From an uncultured Dehalococcoidaceae bacterium (GTDB taxonomy: Bacteria; Chloroflexota; Dehalococcoidia; Dehalococcoidales; RBG-16-60-22): DNA of 29,842 bases. Positions 26,601-29,842 of this stretch are shown piece by piece (position 1 is the stretch's first letter; each line of letters begins with the position of its first letter). The position numbers and the translations under genes were made by a program. Below the pieces are notes generated by a model. That model did not search any database and was not told where the DNA came from. It was given only the letters and a program-made list of their open reading frames with translations. The stretch lies in contig CAYPYL010000001.1 in NCBI GenBank assembly GCA_964414605.1, forward strand, positions 1-29,842, read 5' to 3'.

Positions 26601-28774
26601 TGGTAATGGACAGCTGTATGAACAAGCTTACCTGCACCGTCGAATACCAGATTCTTGAAGTTAACGATGGCACCCCCGGTTACCTGGAACCACCCTCGAC
26701 CACCTGCGCCGATTTCGTTACTGGTGCCGGTGTCCTGAATGGGATGAATAACTGGTTTGCCGGGAGCATCTGCGCCAATAATAGTTAAGTTTTGGTCGAT
26801 AGTCGTAATCCCCTCGGCATAAGTCCCCGCCGCGACTTTGACGGTATCGTTGTCGTTGGCAGCGTCGACGCCGTCTTGGATACTACTCCAGATGGTATGG
26901 AGAAGCGAGGCTCCCGGATGGTCAACGACCACTGCCCGGTCGAATGTACTGGTATCCCAGATATCTTGCATGTTCAGAGTTCCGGCGGTATCGACGAGAT
27001 GGATATGGTTGTTGGAGAAGCTGTTCCCGCCAGCCGAGACAGCAGGCAAGGCTCCGCCTGCCGTGTAATCCAGTACGAGGACGCCGTAATCATGTGAGGT
27101 AAACGTGTTCTGGGTAATCGCTCCGGTGGTGGCGACCTCGGTATAGCCGAAATCATCGGACCACATATCAGAATCAGAAACAACAATCCCGGTAGGATAG
27201 GCATTACCCGTATGAACAAGCCCAGTAACATTATTATCGTGGGCATTAATGCTAGCTGCTCCCACTGACCAGATACCAAACTGATTGCCAGTAAGGATGT
27301 TGCTTGCTATTTCAACGGTCCCGGCAGGATGGTACAGAAGAATGCCACATGCACCATCGGCATCGGGGTCAGTGGCCGGGTCATTGCTGCCTCCGTAGGT
27401 GTCAGTCCAGACGTGGCCACTCACATTATTAATGCTGATAGTGCCGGTAGCTCCGTAGCCAATCTGGATGCCGTTTTGCGCAGTGGCATCTGTCGGCCCC
27501 ATACCAGTCACGGTATTGTCGTGGATATTTGCAGTTATATTTGGATAATTAGCAGTAATGCCGTTCTTGCTATAACCTGAAACACTGCAATTACGTACCT
27601 CCACATCGACGGCAGTATCATGGCCGACCAGGTACATACCACAACCACCGTAGATGGCGCCAATGTTCTCAACCGTTACGTTATCAATCAAACCGGCGGT
27701 ATCCCGGTACAGTATGCCGGCAAACAGGCTGGCCCCGCCGGGCACGGAACTAACCAGCGACCCGTCTATCTTTAAGTTCTGAACGCTAACAGTATCGCCA
27801 TTCGTAGTCGCTACGACAATAGGCGCTGAATCGTTACCACCGGTCCCCCTCGCAAAGAGCTGAAAGCTATCAGCGGTTGCCTGGGAAGGTTTTATGATAG
27901 TGGTATCCCCATAACCTTGGAGTATCAGGCCTTTATTTATGACTACCTGCTCATTGTAAATTCCTGGCGCTACATTGATAACGTCACCCGGGTCGGCGGA
28001 ATCAACGGCATCCTGAATTAACCCGTAACACGGATAACCATTGACAATAATATCGTCAACGTAGGCTTCACTATTGACAACCCAATTATCTACCTCTATT
28101 TCCAGGGCGGTAATGGTGGTTGCTCCCGATATATCACCGGGTGGGGTCGTCTTTCCTGCCTTCCATTCGCCCAGCGTGGTCCCGTAATGGCCATTGTCGC
28201 CAAATCCGCCGCCCAGCGGACCGGCTGCTTGAGATGTAAGCCAGGCATAAGCCGAATCATCTATGACACCCGGGCCATTTCCGTCATCACTGAAGGTCTG
28301 GTACCAGGCGCCGGTTAAAGCCCCGTAAGGCATCGGTGCTTCAGTATAGTGGCTTCCACTATTGTAAGCGTACTCAAAGACCAGAGCGTCATCTTCCTCA
28401 CCGTCGCCGTCGATATCTATCATCACATCGACGTGCGGCGGATAGCCGGCAACAAGGTACTCATACCAGGAAATAGAAGTAATGTCATTTAAAGTTTTAT
28501 CTTCAGATATCTCGATTCTTATCCTGGCCTCGTCTCCTTCACCGGCAGTTGTAGTCCCGCTGTCCAGGTGGACTGCATAGCCTCCACTCTTGACCTGGGC
28601 AGTCGACCACTCGGCAGTAGAATCAGCATTCTTGGTGGTAAGCTGCCATGGTGCGACCAGACATACCGGCGGGTCTTCCGCCCTAGCCTTACCTGCTGGT
28701 GTTATCGCCACAAGGCTTAGACTTAGCACCAGCACCATAGTAATGGAAATAACGCCTAATATTTTCCCTCTCAT
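20603..28774 (-). CDS. Giant secreted, membrane-anchored surface protein (~2723 aa) with six parallel beta-helix modules
   Basis: SD AAAGGAGG and ATG 28774, then a Sec-type signal peptide (MRGKILGVISITMVLVLSLSLVAITPAGKARA). Six IQ.A(I/V)D.A...D(T/V)(I/V).V..G.Y module starts, Asn/Gly/Ile-rich beta-helix repeats, a Pro/Glu/Ala linker, a TM helix (20630-20692) and a basic tail RSRTRVRG. Confidence 0.92.
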   Translation of the reverse strand: MRGKILGVISITMVLVLSLSLVAITPAGKARAEDPPVCLVAPWQLTTKNADSTAEWSTAQVKSGGYAVHLDSGTTTAGEGDEARIRIEISEDKTLNDITSISWYEYLVAGYPPHVDVMIDIDGDGEEDDALVFEYAYNSGSHYTEAPMPYGALTGAWYQTFSDDGNGPGVIDDSAYAWLTSQAAGPLGGGFGDNGHYGTTLGEWKAGKTTPPGDISGATTITALEIEVDNWVVNSEAYVDDIIVNGYPCYGLIQDAVDSADPGDVINVAPGIYNEQVVINKGLILQGYGDTTIIKPSQATADSFQLFARGTGGNDSAPIVVATTNGDTVSVQNLKIDGSLVSSVPGGASLFAGILYRDTAGLIDNVTVENIGAIYGGCGMYLVGHDTAVDVEVRNCSVSGYSKNGITANYPNITANIHDNTVTGMGPTDATAQNGIQIGYGATGTISINNVSGHVWTDTYGGSNDPATDPDADGACGILLYHPAGTVEIASNILTGNQFGIWSVGAASINAHDNNVTGLVHTGNAYPTGIVVSDSDMWSDDFGYTEVATTGAITQNTFTSHDYGVLVLDYTAGGALPAVSAGGNSFSNNHIHLVDTAGTLNMQDIWDTSTFDRAVVVDHPGASLLHTIWSSIQDGVDAANDNDTVKVAAGTYAEGITTIDQNLTIIGADAPGKPVIHPIQDTGTSNEIGAGGRGWFQVTGGAIVNFKNLVFDGAGKLVHTAVHYHGDSGGGTVEDCDFMNIAHTPAGYQGRGINNYGQHVEVLNCTFSNIYRIGVFTYNPTASTLISGCTYTGKGDGDWLDYGFEAGNGGEITVAGSTITNCKGVASVDGSTSAAILVTTYYGEGTQATINENTFTGNSGGIAVGYDEEDTSAVEAHYNNIEGNTDYGIDSTSTAASVNATLNWWGSANGPKHATTNPYSSGDEVSDDITYSPWLDAAYPEGNPREYNVKNITQDTTYNFIQAAIDAASDNDTINVLTGEYAGAIVDRAVKLYGAEDGTSVIVSGVPYKVDNDALHSAFRPEADGVEIRNFTINCDVSEDLDLGVYAIEVDDVTVDSLTINSDGTVQGITNWGGSDWVITNNTITNTVASGGGGIGIFVGAKAQQQCTGNLIQYNEVNATATAESYSCPGICLCLDTRYGQYDLLDGDEDISGNQILNNTITAAGANNGVGIEVGTILGNSEGDPDRTDPEKIAALMAAGALHDNTVQGNTINGACEGIYFYNVTGLTVTQNGISNNVNNGIYIEHAHSGTVIQSNDFTDNNVHVLDDSGTLDTEDVLANNTFDQTVVVDRDGASLLPAIWSSIQDAIDNAIDDDTVMVSAGSYSPFTVDTKTDLTIQSSGGAAVQGVQSVATAYTNRDCVVFVKNSSNVILDGLGIQGEDLGTINTKNYGVIYENSSGNMTACTVSPNNIGNMYSQAIGIWDGSEVTINDCQIEDFGRIGVFVYNGCTVEVLDSTIKGQVYGGEGEVCYGIEVEGAYNDATPGTGSQVVIRGNEIYNCDNTFIPEPSWTSAGIYINGWLEYFDEEDSAVIVENNNIHDNYIGITVIKSSSSYAHSNKIYDNRKYGVESVAAYNAETAVFDATGNYWGSATGPKQATTNPCASGDEVTANVDYTPWLDAADGAQRDYNVKNVTQDIKYNCIQSAIDDADESDTINVAAGTYNECLAVNKGVGIVGTGTSQVTVNVSGLAVNNAGIYVSADNVSLQGFTVLSDPTDTLPRYGIKFGEVSGGSVTDILVRDIFRSGFDFLGSANATISHVESRDNGGHGISLVDCNNITLSDITTSGSGWQAVSVATWGHYSPLGTSGIVFNGTNSFENVFQLEEGDFNNPGVAPAGEAIITYSTDITDGADVTVQAGEFGYALHGDQDDGPDQNRILFFETLADAQNVAPLAPVGHLLASGIYIESLTDRTQLYVSPGCEIQAAIDAANDDDTINAAPGTYTEAIAIGKPLKLRGATYGVNKNGYPVPAGYGWDDTVESIINHPDPAGGYLTIVDIVDTDDVTFEGFIVQELNAVGNQNSSLIRVRAQSDNVSNVVIRNNIIGPNTNVASQDGTHGRMGLYIVNNPYSDQYGVVNSTFSGNKIFDCQGNGNNIFLWSSYSNPAYGAPGPASMNGTVIEDNEIYGAHRSGIETAGGYSDLIIRNNKVYSNGNMFEGDAGNLKYGNGILLIRGSSDSHLEDNPGLGPEDLTIVDNEIYSNGKNAIYMGPINKDYTINGNKIYDNGWDGIRLDFTALYHNPDFEVGDRIPWSDQTEGVTAQFNSIYSNGEYGIRVVGEPTNGFLLNATNNWWGSKDETAVSSNVSDFVKYNPWIGADVTETKTEKTSTSNVTVDAKTEASTTVEKKGTGTPIITVAKYNSNPGTGFSGTTGNYIDVHADNVTDVEEIVITVYYTDDEISGLDESSLRLRWWNGTDWIVCSDGGVNTTNIPGPPAYSGYMWAKIRHDTIPSLDDLSGSVFAGGGSIQSITASGSGGGGAVGEPGTTDIRGLVTATGRFIKSVTATSEDNLCTLTIPRGTVGLISNLRPLTEITMLTMDEPPSPPEAAHIIGLAYDFCPDGVTFDPAITLTWKYDPGALPENVAEEDLVIAYYDEDAGKWVELDCAVDTENDTITALVSHFTTFAVIGTPEPELAPKHVPAPAPEPAPTPGLAPAPEPEPTPAPVPEPASEITPTPEPAESEPSLPAEQPEEELPSATRGWVIAVIILAALAVLVVAFIVIRSRTRVRG
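23850..24035 (-). repeat. Inter-module linker B, copy 2 (pairs with 25890-26080)
   Basis: ATGNYWGSATGPKQATTNPCASGDEV...PWLDAA...YNVKNVTQD versus ATLNWWGSANGPKHATTNPYSSGDEV...PWLDAA...YNVKNITQD. Similarity is also visible at DNA level. Confidence 0.9.
24862..24995 (-). repeat. Inter-module linker A, copy 2 (pairs with 26878-27010)
   Basis: NNVHVLDDSGTL...TFDQTVVVDRDGASLLPAIWSSIQD versus NHIHLVDTAGTL...TFDRAVVVDHPGASLLHTIWSSIQD. Confidence 0.88.
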
Positions 28775-28958
28775 CTTCCTATCCTCCTTTACCTTTTCAA
28801 GCTGATTTGTCACGCTTGGTCTCACTACGAAGAGATCAACGATTACTTTCCTCAATCTCCCTCCTTTTGTGATGGTCCTTTCTTGCAAATCACCTATGAT
28901 TCCTGTTAAAATAAAAACAGGTGGTGGCTTACCCGTTATCGCCTAAATTCTTTTCTTG

Positions 28959-28987
28959 GAAAAGACCTGTTTGCAGCAGGTCTTTTC
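28959..28987. terminator. 11-bp perfect inverted repeat (GAAAAGACCTG-N7-CAGGTCTTTTC); terminator-like hairpin or operator
   Basis: Read directly. The stem ends in four U on either strand. It lies about 185 nt upstream of the giant gene. Confidence 0.5.
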
Positions 28988-29170
28988 ATTGTGTATGAGT
29001 GCAAATTAATTAACTATAAATAATTAAAACCGCCTTTTAGAACTACTTTATCTAATCCAAATCTAATACTTCAGTCACGTGTGTCTATATAATGTTTACC
29101 TCTGCAAACAATTCCCGCGTAATATTACGTATAAGGAAATATCATGTCCGCATACGCACATATTTACATC

Positions 29171-29268
29171 TAAAGTGGGACATTGTCAAGTACCTTTATC
29201 TAAAGTATTTGTGTGATTATATAAAGTTTGTATAAAGATATATAAAGTATATTAATATTTCATTAAAG
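29171..29268. repeat. Six helically phased TAAAG motifs
   Basis: TAAAG at 29171, 29201, 29222, 29233, 29243 and 29264 (spacings 30, 21, 11, 10, 21). Confidence 0.6.
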
Positions 29269-29272
29269 GCGG

Positions 29273-29529
29273 GGCATTGGTAGAGGATTCTTTGCTAAAA
29301 AAGAGCTTGCTGACTATATATCCCGAGTATGTAAGGAGAAGGGCTTTCCCCCTGGGAGTAAAAAATTTATTCCAAGTTGTTCTTTGAAAAAGAGCCGAAC
29401 AACCCTGTATCCACGCAAGAACTCTTAAATTATTTCGTATGCCATTTTAATAGATACAAAATGCTCGCCGTTCACTATATATGGGAGGATCTGTTCTGGA
29501 AGAGAAATATGAGCGAATTCCATGGCTAG
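29273..29529 (+). pseudogene. Tentative frameshifted remnant of an HhH-GPD (AlkA-like) DNA glycosylase C-terminus
   Basis: GIG...LADYISRVC...GFP in one frame and RYKMLAVHYIWEDLFW in another. The resemblance is by eye only. Confidence 0.25.
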
Positions 29530-29792
29530 AAAAGTTAATCAAGCTATAGAGATCAAGACATCAAACGAGTGCACTTGCGCTGAACAATAGGGCGAAATGT
29601 TATCCCCAAAGTAGGCTCATATTTTCCTTGGTTCATCCTTTCACGGCTGACAGGCATGCCACGGGGGATTGTAGCCACATAATAGATGCTAAAAATTGAC
29701 AAACCAAGGCAAATTAGGAGAACCTAGATTATATGAGGTATATTCTTCGGAGAGTTGCTAAAGGAAGAGAATATAAAGGGAGGTGACGTAAA

Positions 29793-29842
29793 ATGAAGTT
29801 AGACAACAAAACAGCTATTGTGACCGGAGCTAGAAGAGGTAT
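29793..29842 (+). CDS. Short-chain dehydrogenase/reductase (SDR), 5' end only
   Basis: SD GGAGGTGA, then MKLDNKTAIVTGARRG(I), the classical SDR TGxxxGxG start. Confidence 0.85.
   Translation, partial: MKLDNKTAIVTGARRG

Noticed and set aside
28775-28888. 38-aa N-terminal extension of the giant ORF (TTG 28888, or TTG 28855 with an upstream AAGGAGG)
   Set aside because: ATG 28774 has a well-spaced SD and starts directly with a clean signal peptide. The extension has no evident features.
28775-29200. Known riboswitch (c-di-GMP, THF, SAM) in the leader of the giant gene or near metF
   Set aside because: I could not find the consensus elements by eye. An Rfam scan would be needed to exclude one fully.

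Overview
This is an anaerobe-type chromosomal window with no recognisable rRNA, tRNA, CRISPR array or mobile element. Gene content and protein style suggest Dehalococcoidia/Chloroflexota, but that is inference only. Positions 1-19.6 kb form a roughly mirror-image redox and regulatory island around an ABC-2 transporter. The left arm (minus strand) encodes a GAF histidine kinase, a NarL-type regulator, a pseudo-receiver/receiver protein, an FdhA/NuoG-like subunit with a rebuilt active site, NuoE, a NuoF(HydB)-GltD fusion, MetV and MetF (truncated at the window edge). The right arm (plus strand) encodes a Cys-PAS/GAF histidine kinase, a NarL-type regulator, a GltD/DsrL-like-ferredoxin-MvhD fusion, MetV, MetF and a second pseudo-receiver/receiver protein. 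The best candidate for an undescribed system is this pair of MetVF methylene-THF reductase modules. Each is wired to an electron-supply module that differs from the MetVF-only, RnfC2-MetVF and HdrCBA-MvhD-MetVF arrangements I know from acetogens. The two arms share a candidate operator motif and a dedicated output-less receiver family. Positions 20.6-28.8 kb encode a ~2720-aa secreted, C-terminally anchored protein with six different beta-helix modules joined by duplicated linkers. Then come an AT-rich regulatory region with helically phased repeats and the 5' end of an SDR oxidoreductase. All functional calls come from motif recognition by eye; no searches were run.
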